Positions 49,716 to 62,689 of a stretch of DNA of 64,000 nucleotides are shown one piece after another. This DNA comes from Neodothiora populina (Eukaryota), in contig NW_027191417.1 in assembly GCF_041146345.1 (NCBI RefSeq), positions 744,001-808,000 of the forward strand, read 5' to 3'. The notes beneath the pieces were generated by a model. The model did no database searches and had not been told where the DNA came from. It worked only from the letters and a program-made list of their open reading frames with translations. Position 1 is the first letter of the stretch. The number at the start of each line of letters is the position of its first letter. The position numbers and the translations under genes were made by a program.

Positions 49716-50625
49716 ATGGCTTCCGATGGCATAAAGCCGCGGACGATACTCGAGTATGTTGCGATATTGGGAGTTCTGTATTTCTTCTTGGGAGGTCAGT
49801 TTTCTGGGGTCTTACAAGGTCAATCGTCCGAAGAGTACGACGAACCATTTCCTGTTTCGCAAGAGAAGATTGAGTCCCTGGTTTATCCCGACGCGAATCT
49901 GAAATGCCATCATCCCAATTTCGATGTACATATTTTCTCGAGCAGCCCCCTCATAATCTACATAGAGTCTTTCCTTTCTGAGGAAGAAAAGGATCGCCTG
50001 ATGAAAATAAGGTACAGCTAGCATTTTCCATGCAGACAAAGCCCGAGCTTACAGACCCACCAGTGAAGATAAATGGACGCCATCAACTATCTTCAACAAT
50101 GGCGTTGAACTTTCAGACGAATCCGTGCGGAAGTCCGAGAAAGCCATGATTGAGCGAGACCATGTAGTACAGTGCATAGAACAGCGAGCACTCTCTTTCC
50201 AAGGCTGGCCTGAGGATACTTTCGTCGAGCGTCTTTGGACACAACGCTATAACGAGTCTGGCCACTATGCAAATCACTACGACTGGGCACATGCTTCGAA
50301 GCAGGCTCGTCGTGTCAGCACTTTTATGGTCTACGTCAAGGCGGACTGTGTCGGAGGCGGTACCAATTTCCCCCTCTTGAATCGACCCAAGGACGAAAGG
50401 TGGTGCCAGTTCATTGATTGTGAGCAGCCGGTCGAGGAGGGTGTGACCTTCTTAGCAAAGGCTGGAAACGCAGTCTTCTGGGAGAACTTTGATCCAGACG
50501 GGAATGGATGGCGCGAAGGTCTGCACTCGGGAATGCCTGTCAAATCCGGTGTCAAAGTTGGGTTGAACGTGTGGAGTTGGTACCAGCGAGGCCATGGAGC
50601 TACTCTGAAAACTCGTGAAGGTTGA
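49716..50625 (+). CDS. Prolyl 4-hydroxylase-like 2OG-Fe(II) dioxygenase with N-terminal signal anchor; 2 exons
   Basis: SSSPLIIYIESFLS, HYD, GGGTNFP, LHSGMPVKSGVKVGLNVW (HxD..H..K). Confidence 0.88.
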
Positions 50626-50728
50626 ACACCAAAATCTGGTCATGTACTTCTATTCAAATGGCCCTCCAGCAGGCTGTGCTGGCTGATGTATGACTTGGAT
50701 CTAGTTGCTGTATATTCCTCATATCTAG

Positions 50729-52021
50729 CTAAGCAGCTTCCACCTGTTTAGGGTTCTCGCCCTCGGCTTGCTTCATGCAGAGGTCCAGTATCCGCCAGAT
50801 GACTGATGCACGGAGGCCTCTTGGAATTCGTACCCCAGCCTCACCCTCAGGCAGTTTGCTGACCACTGTCCGGCCACACTGTGAATTGTCTCTAGTAATT
50901 TCGTCTACACCATGCTCACCAGCCGTGATAACGTTGACAGAGAATCGCTCGCCGCCTTCATCATTGAAAAGATCTGGCACGAAACAAGCTGCTACCGCAA
51001 GAGGATCGTGCAAGGGAGGGCCCTCCACAAGCGCAAAGACATCAGCGTACGTTTTGGCGAAAAACGTCAGAATTTGCTTGAATAGCACCCGAAGAACGGA
51101 GTTCTCTCTTTGCGAGCCGTAGCCATGCAATAGATTGTCAATGACCTCTGGTGTGGCAATCATCTGATGTGTCAGGTCGATAGGCGCGATTGTTGTCTTC
51201 TCAGCAAGTATAGGGTTCGAGAAGATAGCATGAGCACTCTCTGCATATCAATTTAGCCATTTACTGTCATGCGCACTCGCGGCCCTACGACATGTCTTAC
51301 CAGGATCGATATATATATTAAACTCTGTACGATGTTAGTACACAGCGATCTCAACATTGGGTGTAAAGACTTGCCGGCCCATCTGCTCCAATTGCCCACG
51401 CGCTCTCCTTCGCCCTCAATCTTGCCCATTGGTGCATCGGTAAAGCCGCCGCCGACTGCTCCACCCATGATACTTAGACCAGCAATATGGTCGGCGAGAT
51501 CAGGGTATACTGCAAAGAGTAATGCTACGTTTGTCATTGCCCCGACTGCAACCAGCCAAGCTGTTTTAGGGGGCTGACTGATTAATGCCTTGTACATAGC
51601 AAGAACCGCTGGTTCAGTTTTGGCAGGCACTGTAGGCTCAGGGAGATGCGTAGTACCATCGAGTCCGGATTCACCATGAATATCGGGGGCGGCAGCAGCT
51701 TCTCGGCAGAAAGGCTTACTGGCTCCAGGATAAACTGGCACATCCTCACGATCGATAGCTTTTAAGATTGCTCGAGTGTTGTATGTCGTCTTACTCAACG
51801 GAGCATTTCCATATACCGTACTAACACCAAGCAGTTTCAGGGCAGGACTCTGAGCTGCCAAAAGTATTGCAAATGCATCCTGTCTTTGGCGTTAGGTCGG
51901 CCGCTGGGTCTAGTCGTGAATAATTGCATACATCGTGGCCAGTGTCACAGCATAACCAAACAGGGATTGGATTAGCTGGGTTTCCGCGCCATCTCGTTTC
52001 AGCCTCGGTCTTCTCGTTCAT
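50729..52021 (-). CDS. URH1: Inosine/uridine-preferring nucleoside hydrolase; 4 exons
   Basis: CDTGHD|DAFAI, STVYGN, DIHGESGLDG, GAMTNVAL, IMGG, A|EFNIYIDP|ESA, PPLHDPLAVA. Confidence 0.9.
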
Positions 52022-52468
52022 ATTTCAATCTGTTATTCAACTTCAATTCAAATTGAAGAAGTCAACAATCGTTATTGTTGGGTGTGAGGTCCGAGGTTCC
52101 GAAGGACAATTGTAAAATAGGCGAAAGCGGCGAACACGTGGCTTGGCAAACCTACTATATCGACCTAGGTACCTACCTATTGTGTTCTAGTCACATATAC
52201 GGCAACGACTCTACCCAGATCCGTGTGCATTCACAAAGTACCATTGTAAAGTAGGTGGTCCAGCTTCGCAACTTTGTTGTTTTGTCGTATACAGGAACAT
52301 GGAAACAAACGTGTTTGGCCTGAATGAAGTACCGTAGCTTAAGCAAGGTGCCTAACCGGCCCTTGGCTTGCATGACTGCCCTGGTGACGTGAACCTCAGT
52401 GTGGGGCCAACAACACAGTGTTGTTTACCTTTACTGTCGATCAGCAACCAGCACACATCCATCCATTT

Positions 52469-53131
52469 ATGGAGACGATATCAAGCACCGACTCATCCCA
52501 TCTAGTACAAGCGAAGCAAAGAAAAGGGGACATTGCGGAGTCGGACGCCATGGTTTTGTTGCGCTCCGGGAAATGTATCAATGTAGGAGATGTCGAAAGA
52601 AGGACATCTGGACGGTCACAGAAGACTTCATCGTCAGCTCAAGCTGCCAAACAGCCAATACTGGACGAGGACATGACTTTTAAGATATTTGAAGACGATT
52701 CGTCATGTCCGAGACCTGATCTCCAGGCTTCTCCCTTTCGATGCTGGGAGGCGACAGCTAATGACCAAGAAAACGAAACTCCATTGGCAGAGTGCGACGG
52801 CGAAGCCGTAGCGACGGGTACTGGAGCAGCGAGAGCTGAGAGTCATCAAGGGCATTTGGCAACAGTGCCATGGAAGGCTTCATGCAAAGAGGGATCTGCT
52901 ACTCCCCAGCGACGAGCGCTACAGCCTATTGAACACGAAGACTTCCTCGGTGGCTCGCATTCAAACTCTGTCTCAGAGGCAGCAGTCTCGCCCAAGAGAC
53001 CTCTTGGACAGCTACGTACAGGACCAAAATCTTCATTCACGAATCTGGCCCATTCGAGGTTGGACGAGACGCATAATCCAAAAGTGGCAATATCCGCCGT
53101 GAAGCGAGTCCGTATTATGGATCTCCGTTGA
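52469..53131 (+). CDS. Hypothetical disordered protein
   Basis: 220-codon ORF from ATG 52469, S/E/P-rich, no recognisable domain. Confidence 0.55.
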   Translation: METISSTDSSHLVQAKQRKGDIAESDAMVLLRSGKCINVGDVERRTSGRSQKTSSSAQAAKQPILDEDMTFKIFEDDSSCPRPDLQASPFRCWEATANDQENETPLAECDGEAVATGTGAARAESHQGHLATVPWKASCKEGSATPQRRALQPIEHEDFLGGSHSNSVSEAAVSPKRPLGQLRTGPKSSFTNLAHSRLDETHNPKVAISAVKRVRIMDLR

Positions 53132-53931
53132 AACTCGTGAGAGAGCTGTCTCGTTCAATATGCGAAGTGGCCTGCGCTATATAGCGACAGGACGACCCAT
53201 ACACTCCTTCCTCCAGGTACACAGAGTGGAAGCCCCTCCCCCGATACTCGAGAGACTAGCTCGAGGGTTGCTGCCGGAAACAATGCAAACCGAAGACTTA
53301 GCAGGAAAATCGACAGGCACTTCGGCCCAGCCCGGAGCCCATGCGCACTAGCGAAATGGATGAATAGGCCAGCTATGCTGCGAATGGTGAAACATGATAA
53401 CAGCGACGAACATATTCACGTCGCATTCGTTATTGCGAAGGAGGCTTAGCACACAGGCCCAAGAGTTTACAGTTCATGAATGCAAGTGGAGCTGCAGGCA
53501 GCAATGATCGGGATGGCTTCTTGGCTCTATGGTCAGGCAACGCAATGATTTGAAATGCCGTTCTGATGATAATGTATATATTACTTATGATAATATTTTT
53601 CACCAAAGGTCAGGGAAGGATGGAAGTAACTTGCCTGCAAAACGTATATATAAAGTACGGTACCAAAAAGTACCTAGTGTAGATCATTCCATGTCATCGG
53701 ACCTTGACTCCTGATCCGCGTGCGGCAGGGACAGAATGTGGAGTCAAATGACAAGAACGGCACTGACGCCTCGACGTCATTAACATAGAATACATACTCG
53801 AACCATCATGAGGCGACTTGACTTTTCTTCCCTATTGTATTGTTACACTCGATCTATACTAATTATTATATTTCCTCCCGACTCCGGAGATTAACGTGCA
53901 CTCGATTCTACCTTGAAAATCATACTTAATC

Positions 53932-56039
53932 ATGACGGATTCGGGTCTCGACGCTGAGCAGACCGCAGCACTAGTTGACGTATTATCCCACGTTGCGCTG
54001 TATGATGAGGTATGTGCCTTCAAGACTCCTGCAGCGATCCAAGGATACGGTCGTCCATTCCAAGACCGGAAGGGTAGCTCGGCTCCTCTGCTACAGATCC
54101 TCCTCTCTTCGTTCGTCCTAAAGCTACCTGGTCTTCGTGACATTGCGCCGGACTTCTGGAAGACCCGGGTAGAAAAGCTATTAGAAGATTTGGCTGCAGC
54201 AGAGCTGAGTGAAAGCTACGACAAAGGCGTCTTAGGTATAAGGAAGACTCTGGCCACTGCTGCGTCTGCATTGCTCGAGTATCCTGCACGAGGATGTATC
54301 GGTGGATTTCCTAAAGACGAGTCGGCTTTCAAGGACAGGACATATGATCCTTCCAAGCCTGATGATGTATTGGATGCATGGCAGGACTTCCGCCAGCAAT
54401 TGGTATATGGAGACTTGTTCGATAAGCTCTTCGTCAAAGCAGCAGAGACCGACAATCTGAAGAAACATGATACTCTGGTCCAGGCTGCCCATGAATATGT
54501 TGTTGTAAATCTTGCATCATTTATGCACTATACTCTAGTTCTGTCCCCGGAAGGTCCATCTCTGCTTCGTCTTGTTGAGAATGTGCATAAACTGTCAGAC
54601 TGTCCAGCTTTTACGACTCGAAAGAAACCGAAAATGCTGACTCAAGCGTAGTGCTCCGTATGGAATCATGCGACAGACATTGCGGATCGGCAATGTTGCC
54701 ACGATGCTCAGCGGAATGGTGAGACTCATGCTTGCCAAAGTAAGCGTTGGCACCGTCACAAACTTCCTGGGCCTTAGTAGTGGTGCAGACGAAGGCATGA
54801 ACCTGCTTCAGCAGTGGGTATCTCCTGTCAACGCGATATCTGCGCATGTACTCACGCAATGCTAGAATAATCTCCACCGTTCTCGGATGGGACAAGAAGG
54901 AGTTGAAGAAGCGCGCAGACAAGATCGAGAAAGACAAAGAGGGCCCGTCCAAGGAAGTACGGGAAGCCTTGAAGCAGTGGACCAGTGGTACGCGGAAAGA
55001 GCATGAGGAGTGTCGGGAGAGAAGCAGTAAGTTCATGAAGGCATTGAAAGACGAATCAGTAGCCACAGACTGACTTGCTGCAGAACAAGAATCCATGTCA
55101 ATAGTTGCTGTGATCCTCTCACTTTCCAGCGCAAGTGCGGACATGAGCGAAGAGCAACACGCCAAAGCCCTCGAGTATCTGTCTCTACAGCTGTCGATTC
55201 GTGACCGAGACGAGATCACTCGAGTTCTCTGTCGCAGCAACCCGGATCACCTCACACAGGCAATCCGCGACGGTGTATCAGCATACGAGCCGATGATCCG
55301 CCAAGTCCATCAAGCAGTCGACCTCAGCGCCACAGTGGGAGACTTCCAAGCATTCGTAGACGACATGATCAAGTTGACGAAACCGGACAAGAAGAGCCAG
55401 GCGTCAGAGACCAAATCACCCACAGTCGAGGACTACGTCAAGTTGCTACATACCCACATGGGAGCCTGCCATCGTTTCCTCCACCAAGTCGCGAAGAACG
55501 GCAAAGAAGTGACGAAATGGTTCCAGGACTACGTGCACATCGTAGCCGCCGAGTTCAAGTCCTCGTACAGCACACCGGATACCAAGAAAGACTCGGCACG
55601 CGACATCTACGCCGCAATGCAAGCCTCTTTTACAGCTCTCAACCCCCTAGACCAAACAGTCATCCGCGAAGAGCTAAAGGCAACAACCACCTACCTCTCC
55701 GCGCTCCACGACTCCTCGGCCGCGCGGATTCGCGACGTAATAAACAACACATCATCCACCACCTACGGCCCCGGCGCCTTTCTGGCCCGCTGGCAGGACC
55801 TTCTCGACTCAACGCCCATCACGCCTTCGAAACCGCAAGGACCGGTGCGGACGGGCGCCGACAAATCCGTCAAGCAAGAAGGGAGAAAAGACGTCGACGG
55901 CGAGATCAAAGACGCCGGCATTGATTCTAAACAGGTCGACAAGGAAATTGGGAACAAGACGCCTGAGGCGCCGAGCGCGGAGAATATTCTGAGGGTGCTG
56001 GGACCGAGGTTCAGGGAGTTGTTGGTCGAGATGCAATAG
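53932..56039 (+). CDS. PX-associated domain protein with a long helical C-terminal region; 4 exons
   Basis: ELSESYDKGVLGIRKTLATA, LVQAAHEYVVVNLASFMHY, PYGIMRQTLRIGNVATM, GMNLLQQ|IISTVLGWD, GPGAFLARWQDLLDSTPITP. Confidence 0.85.
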
Positions 56040-56441
56040 ATCTTGCTGAACGGAATGGAGGGTACAGGACAATGGGATCAGGCGGCTTCCTTGCTGTTTG
56101 AGGACAATCGACTGGTCTATTTCTTTTCTCTCTGCTTTCCGCTTCTCTGGATATTCATTGAATCAGTGGGTGCAAGTGAGCACGGAAAATAAAAGCACGC
56201 GGCTGCTCATGCACTGATACAAGTCTGAATAGATTAGGTATAGATGAAGAAGAGCACGAGGAGAAAAGTTACAAGATCAAATGACCGAATGGACCTGTTC
56301 AAATCATACAAAGGCATCAAGATTGTGAGTGTGTGTGTGGTATCAAGCTAAGAAAGAAAGCAGAAAAGAAAGAACCAGCAATAAAACGCGTCACAGCAAG
56401 TTGCAAGAAACCCCCCTGTACTGTATGAAATCTCGCCCCAA

Positions 56442-56686
56442 TCACCGCTGCGGCACAATGCCATTATTCCCCACGCCGAGCTTCAGCTTCTTCCTGCAAT
56501 CTGGACAAAACCACTTCGCGCGGCGCGGCGGCATCTCCCTGAGCCCGACACACTCGAGATGGAACCACTCCTTTTCGCACGGCAGGTTGTCGCAGGCGAT
56601 CATTGTGCCCCACGAGACGTCGCCGCAGACGCAGTAGCGCTCTTCTTCCGGGTCGACGATTTCTTCGTCTTGTGTTGCTGAGGTCA

Positions 56687-56728
<42 letters not shown>

Positions 56729-58874
56729 CGTGGGGTTTGAGCGAAGAAGAAGAAGAGGTCTTGTTGGGTTTTTTGTTGGGCGGTTTGCTTCGCTTGCCGA
56801 TGCTGACTTTGGCGCTGCCGTCTTCTTCGCTCGCTACAACGCCTGGTGCGGGACGGCGTCTGCGGCGTGAGGGGTTGTTGGTCTCTGCGGCGCTTGAGCC
56901 GGGAGCTGGGGCGGGTGACTGTGTGTTTTTGGTCCTGTTATTGTTGCCGTTGGCGCCGGGTAGGGAGGCGTTGGAGCCGCGGCGTAGAGCTCTGCGTGCT
57001 GGTGGCTCGGCGGATGCGGCTTTGGGTCGCTTGAGAGTGATGGTCGGCACTGGCTTTGCGGCGCGCGTGATGTGGACTGTCGGTGTAGCAGCGGAGGAGG
57101 CGGCGGCGGCGGCGGCGGCGGCGGCTTGTTGTTCAGGCACGGCTGATGCGCGTTGGCTTCGAGGACGAGTGGATATGCGAGGACTCGGAGCCGCTCCCGG
57201 AGTTGCGGATTTTGGCTGCGAGATTGTCGAGGTTGTGTCTGCTGCAGGAGGGGCTGCGGGAGGGTGGAGTCGAAGTTTCTTCCTTTCGGGGACCGCACGG
57301 GGTGGGTTCAGGGTGTCTGGAGACTCGAGCGCGGTTTCGGAAGGAGCTGCGTGCGTGGGAGATGCGGCTTCCCTCTTTCGCTTTCTGGATGGTTTCGCCG
57401 CGGGTGCGTCAGACTCGTCATTCTCTGGAGCGGTCAGAGCTACGGCAGGCACGCTTCGTTCTTCTTTCGGAGAACTGGCGGCATCTGTCGCTTCGACGGC
57501 AGCATCGGCAGGTGCTTGACTGGCGCGGCGGTGTTCCCTGCATCTGCTGGATTTGGTCTGTTGCTGAGGGGGCAGGTTTTGTTCTCCGTCGCTCTGCTGG
57601 TGATTGACGGCGTGCTCTTCGGCCTTTTGCATCTCCCGCTTGAGCTTCTTGGCTTCGTTGAGGCGCATGCCCCTATTGATGAGGGCGTCATCGGCATCGT
57701 TCGGTTCTTGCTCTGGACCAAGCATGGCGTTCATCTCGGCCTGTTGTTCTCCTGAAACAGCCATCTTCGTAGGATCGAACCAGGCGCTATCGTGTTGGCC
57801 CTCATCGATGAAAGCGGTCCCGTTGGCTTCAGCTGCGGCTTTGGCGTCTTCCATGGCCTGTACACCTCTGCCGAGGTCCTTCAGCTCGCGATTTCGCATG
57901 GCCGGCGACGGCTTCCAGGCCGCGTTTTTCTTCATCCTCTTGCGCAGGATTGCCAGTTCATATTCGGTCAGTCTTTTCCAAGGGAGCCATTTGCTGCCCG
58001 GCAGCGCATCTGGCGGGGGCTTGGTCAGGGCCATGATGGCGTTGGAGGTACTAATTCCTGCGACAGCCGAATGGGCGTTGGTGCCGGGCGTGCCAGGCAT
58101 GCGAGGACGCGGAGTTTTGTGGGGTTTGTCTTTGGGAGTCTTGTGCGAACGAGGTCCTCTGGGGGTCTTTGGCCCAGCAGGATTCCTCTGGCGCGAATCA
58201 TGCGCACGAGGAGAGACAGGTGGCGGAGAGGCCCAGTCGTCAGGTTCGCTTGGGGGTGGAGAGTCGGGATTCGGAGGAGGCAGAACCTCTCCGGGAACCA
58301 TGATCTTGTCCTTGTTGCGCACTCGCGGAGCGGTCGTCGTACGATGAGCGGCCACTCGCCTGTCGGCAGCCTGTTGCGACTGGGTCTGACCGACTCCTCG
58401 CCTCAGATGCGGCGACGACAGCGCGTGGGCTGTCTCGGGTGCGGCTTCAGGGGTTGCTTCTCTCGACGGCGGCATGGGCAGAGCCTTGAGTTTCTGACCG
58501 ACCAGGTGTAGTCTTCGGGCATCTCTTGTCATCAGGTCCTCGATGCGCGCGGCCTCGGCGGCAGACATGCGCTTGCACTCTTCCAGCTTCTCGTAGGCGT
58601 GGCTGATGTCGCGTCGCATCTGCACGGGGTCTGGCGCATTCTCGCTGATGGTCGGCAGGGTCGAGTATGTGGTGAGCAGATCGTGGATGCGCTTCTGGAA
58701 GGCTGCGGCTTTGCTGTTCAGCGTCTCGATCAGAGTCATAGACCGCAGGACGGCCGAGGGCAGGTGTTCGGTGTAGCTGAGGAAGTCGGACAGGGTGGCC
58801 GAGATGTCGGGATCCATGGCTGCCGGTTGACTCATGGTGCGCAGGTCCGGCGTGGCCATCGTGACCATGGCCAT
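56442..58874 (-). CDS. ING-family-like chromatin protein (N-terminal helical domain, C-terminal PHD finger)
   Basis: DFLSYTEHLPSAVLRSMTLI at the N-terminus; YCVCGDVSWGTMIACDN..C..EWFHLECVGL..KWFCPDC; start set at MAMVTM, downstream of the CTTT-repeat tract. Confidence 0.88.
56687..56728. repeat. (AAC)n coding microsatellite giving poly-Asn just before the PHD finger
   Basis: (GTT)n run on the plus strand. Confidence 0.95.
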
Positions 58875-59578
58875 TGTTTTTTCTTTCTTTCTTTCTTTCT
58901 TTCTTTTATCTTCTCCTTTCCTTCTCTTCTCTATTGCTATTGTAGTCGTCGACGTCGTCGTCGTTGTTGTTGCGGTCTTGGTGCTGCGGGTACGCGACGC
59001 GTCACGCCTGCTGTGGCCCAACTTGGCGGCGTCACAGGTGTGAGCAGATCAGCAGAGTGGCTACTATGACATCTCAGACTCCTTGAACCACCATCATGTA
59101 TAATCGAATATAGAGTCACTTATTTGCAGGGGACAAGGGTGTTGGCACTCCAAGGTTCCATTGTTATGCGCGCGCTGGCGTTAAGTCGACAAGTCAGGCT
59201 TAAGCCCGGAGGTCCACGCGCCTTCCTTCCAGTAGTCCCGACTGCTCGGCACCTTTTAGTCCTCCATCTCTGCTGCATCACGTGCCTTGATCGTCCCCGG
59301 ATTGTTCTACACCTACCTACTGTACCTACCTTACCCGAGACCACGACACCCATGTGGTAAGGTACCTCGCAATATCGATTGCCTTACGAGCCATGTACAT
59401 TCATGATTTATGTTTCCACGAATTATGATCTGATTCCAAATTAGTGACTTTCTGATATTGTTGATATGGCTGTTGGTCTAGCCAAGGAACCACAAGGACA
59501 TTGAGAGATATGATTATTGATTAGTCCTCACTTCTACTAATTTCCTTCGTATATTGCCGACTTTCTTCGTCTCCGCCG

Positions 59579-62500
59579 ATGGAAGCTGCAATCCGCTGGT
59601 CTCCCTTGTCCACGGATGACTCGAGCCGATTCCTACTTGCTGATGTAGCCGGCAATGCACTGACTTTGTGTCAAATCGATGCGCTGAAGAAGGGTCAACT
59701 TCGCTACACTCCCCTTGCTCACCGCGATCGTCTTCCCAACTTCACTGCATTTGACTGGTCAAAGACCGACGACTCGCTCGTTGCTCTGGGTCTGTCGTCC
59801 GGTGAAGCTTCTGTACTCAAGATCTATCCTGAGCAGCCGAATGCCGAATCTGCGCGGAAATTCGAGATCAAGACCCAGCGGAAATGCAACACCATCACTT
59901 TCAGCTCGGACAATTGGTTAGCCGTTGGTCTAGACCGTGTCCGCAACGACCACTGTCTCGCTGTGTATGATCTCAACAACAAGGACAGAACAGAGCCTCT
60001 GAGCAAACTTTGTCTCTCCGAAGCCGTGACCAGTGTTAGGTTCTTTCCCTCGCATCCACTTGAGCTATTGGCTGCTGTCAATCGCTCTACCATCCGTCTG
60101 TACGACCTGAGGGATTCACATACTAGCACTGCCGGTGTTGGGACCTTTGGTCCTACCAAATTGGTCAACAACATCGCCATAGATCCGCTGGACGAGAATT
60201 ACTTTGCCTCCGGTGGTTCCACGGCGGATCCATGCGTCACTGTCTGGGACAAGCGTTTCCTCAACCGATCGGCTGGAACGCCTGGCCCCGAAGGGGCTTC
60301 AAGCGCTGCCGTGCTCGAGCTACGCCCGGCCGTTGATAACAGCCAGACCACGAGTATATGGAGTGTCAGGTTCTCTGGTCTAAAGCGAGGCCGCTTCTGT
60401 CTCCTGTCTAGCTTCGGCGAGTTGAAGGTCTACGACACTTCTCAACACCAATTGACCTCGCCTTCGGTTCCCCCTCCGCCGAATCCCTACGGAGGTGCTT
60501 CATGGAACTCCCAGCACTATGTTTCCAGGACGCACAATCTGAGGGAACCGCATCATAATACCCAGCCACAGCGAGATGCTGCTCCGAAAGTGATTGCATT
60601 TGATTGGTTGTCAACAGGCGATAGCAACGGACAGTCCATGCTTACCTTACACGCAGATCGAAGGGTAGACCTGACTCATGTCCCAAACCCTGCACTTTTG
60701 AGCATGACAGCTCGTAATGATTTGGCGCTCTGTCGCGAGGACGTGCTCGTTTTCGAGCCAAGCGTGAGGCGCGCAAAGGTGTCCGAGGAGATAGCCTTGA
60801 TGAATGGTGAAAAGGAACAGCAAGTACAAATCATCGATCAGACTCCTCCGCCGGGCTTTACCGAGCGCGTCAAGCCACTCGATCAGCAAAGCTTGAGGGT
60901 TCTGAATGGTTCCATCACGACTGCAGCTGCCAGAACCGAGAAATGGCTCGACGACGGAGTCGGGAGCATGCCAGCCATCGTGCGTCAGGAAGATTTTGCT
61001 GATTCCTTGGCTTTACTCACTGTTCCGCGGCGACGCTGTCAGGAGGGATACCTCATGGACTGCAAGCGTAACGTCAAAATCGTCGCTGATGATCCCACTT
61101 TAGTAAAGTTATGGATAACGATAGGCAGACTCGAGGATTTGGCCGGCAACGAAGGCATGGTATCAGAGTCTCTGGACTTGAGCTATCTCGGTGTCAATGC
61201 GATCTGGCAAGGGACGGTTGGAAAGAGCTCAAACAGAATCCTTGAGACACGCTCATCCATACCTCAGAGATTTGAAGACGCGGTCGTGGGCATTCTGGAT
61301 AAGCAAGACCTTCCGCCTTTCGAAGGCGCCGAGTCGGAAAAGCCGCACCAGCGACAGTTGTGCCTAGCCATTTGTGGAGCCTCGTTTCGCCTCGAGGACG
61401 TGAAAGAAAAGTGTGACATGATGAAAGACGACGGGCAGTATTACAAAGCCATCGCGATCGCCATGGTTTATGGTTACAAGAACCTAGCCTTGGGTATTTT
61501 GCGTGTCTTGATCCGTGGGAAGATCATCCCCAACATCGGACTCGGCGCTCTGATTGCTTCTGATGGACTGAACAGCGAGCAGAAGGAGATGTGTTCGTGG
61601 CTCGAGGAAGACGCCACAGACGCCTACCTGCAAGCTATCCTCTTATATCTCGGGACCGGCAGGTGGATCTACGTAGTGAACAAGATGGAGCTAGAGCTCG
61701 ATCTGTCAGACCGACTCATCATCGCCTTGATCCATCTCGACGACAAACAAATCACCACTCTACTCGAAAGACTGACGAGGCTGTTCACGATAGCAGGAAA
61801 CACAGAAGGCGTGCTATTGACCGGTCTGACAGCAGAAGCAATGGATCTGTTCCAGTCCTACATACGCAAGACCAACGACCTGCAAACAGCGGTATTGGCA
61901 ACAGCATTCACGAACCCGCGCTACGTCGACGACGTGAGATGGGATATGTGGAAAGAGACGTATTTCCTGCAGATGCAGTCATGGAGGACATTCATCGAAC
62001 GCACAAAGTTCACCATGCAACACAACCGCAAGTCAGCCACGCACAAGAACCAGATCCTAGTCAAGACTCCACCTCGCCAACTGACACTTCGATGCGCACA
62101 CTGTCAGGGATCCCTAGCCAAACACATTGAGAGCGACCAAACCCAGCAGCAGCAACAGCATGGGCATCATAACCAGCAACACCACCACAACAACAGCCAC
62201 AGCAGTCCCACGAGACCCGGCGGCGGCGGCGGCGGCGGGCCTTTACCACCACCCCCAGCAGCCGCAGCAGCAGCCGCGGCCGAAGCAGCGACCCGCACGC
62301 GCAACACCGGCCCAGCCACAAGCACAGGAACAATCTGTCCGCGCTGCGGCCGCCACCTGCCTCGCTGCGCACTATGCATGCAATGGCTGGGCACCCCCGA
62401 GCCCTTGCGCGTCAAACGACCTCTCAACAACTACCATCACCATCACCACCAGCAGCAAAACTCGTTTGGATACGCAGACAATGCCGCGGCTACAGGACCA

Positions 62501-62689
62501 ACAAGTCTAGACCTGCTGTCAGAAAAAGAAGCAGGAGGAGGAGGAGATGCAGATGTCATGGCTGGCTTCGTGACGTTTTGCGCCAGCTGCACGCACGGCT
62601 TTCACGCGCATCATGCCAGGACGTGGTTCGCTAAACATGCCATGTGTCCCGTGCCGGACTGTAGGTGTCTTTGTGGGTTGAGAGGGTAA
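59579..62689 (+). CDS. SEA4: SEACAT/GATOR2 subunit Sea4 (MIOS)
   Basis: N-terminal WD40 (RKCNTITF, LAVGLDRVRND), GVLLTGLT..LFQSYI..DLQTA solenoid, C-terminal Cys/His zinc modules (CPRCGRHLPRCALC..C..C.HGFH..H...WF..H..CPVPDC.C.C). Confidence 0.92.
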   Translation: MEAAIRWSPLSTDDSSRFLLADVAGNALTLCQIDALKKGQLRYTPLAHRDRLPNFTAFDWSKTDDSLVALGLSSGEASVLKIYPEQPNAESARKFEIKTQRKCNTITFSSDNWLAVGLDRVRNDHCLAVYDLNNKDRTEPLSKLCLSEAVTSVRFFPSHPLELLAAVNRSTIRLYDLRDSHTSTAGVGTFGPTKLVNNIAIDPLDENYFASGGSTADPCVTVWDKRFLNRSAGTPGPEGASSAAVLELRPAVDNSQTTSIWSVRFSGLKRGRFCLLSSFGELKVYDTSQHQLTSPSVPPPPNPYGGASWNSQHYVSRTHNLREPHHNTQPQRDAAPKVIAFDWLSTGDSNGQSMLTLHADRRVDLTHVPNPALLSMTARNDLALCREDVLVFEPSVRRAKVSEEIALMNGEKEQQVQIIDQTPPPGFTERVKPLDQQSLRVLNGSITTAAARTEKWLDDGVGSMPAIVRQEDFADSLALLTVPRRRCQEGYLMDCKRNVKIVADDPTLVKLWITIGRLEDLAGNEGMVSESLDLSYLGVNAIWQGTVGKSSNRILETRSSIPQRFEDAVVGILDKQDLPPFEGAESEKPHQRQLCLAICGASFRLEDVKEKCDMMKDDGQYYKAIAIAMVYGYKNLALGILRVLIRGKIIPNIGLGALIASDGLNSEQKEMCSWLEEDATDAYLQAILLYLGTGRWIYVVNKMELELDLSDRLIIALIHLDDKQITTLLERLTRLFTIAGNTEGVLLTGLTAEAMDLFQSYIRKTNDLQTAVLATAFTNPRYVDDVRWDMWKETYFLQMQSWRTFIERTKFTMQHNRKSATHKNQILVKTPPRQLTLRCAHCQGSLAKHIESDQTQQQQQHGHHNQQHHHNNSHSSPTRPGGGGGGGPLPPPPAAAAAAAAEAATRTRNTGPATSTGTICPRCGRHLPRCALCMQWLGTPEPLRVKRPLNNYHHHHHQQQNSFGYADNAAATGPTSLDLLSEKEAGGGGDADVMAGFVTFCASCTHGFHAHHARTWFAKHAMCPVPDCRCLCGLRG

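Noticed and set aside
50654..50731. TAG CTA stop context of URH1 (readthrough-like)
   Set aside because: The extension ends in RAI, not a PTS1, and the stop is TAG rather than TGA CTA
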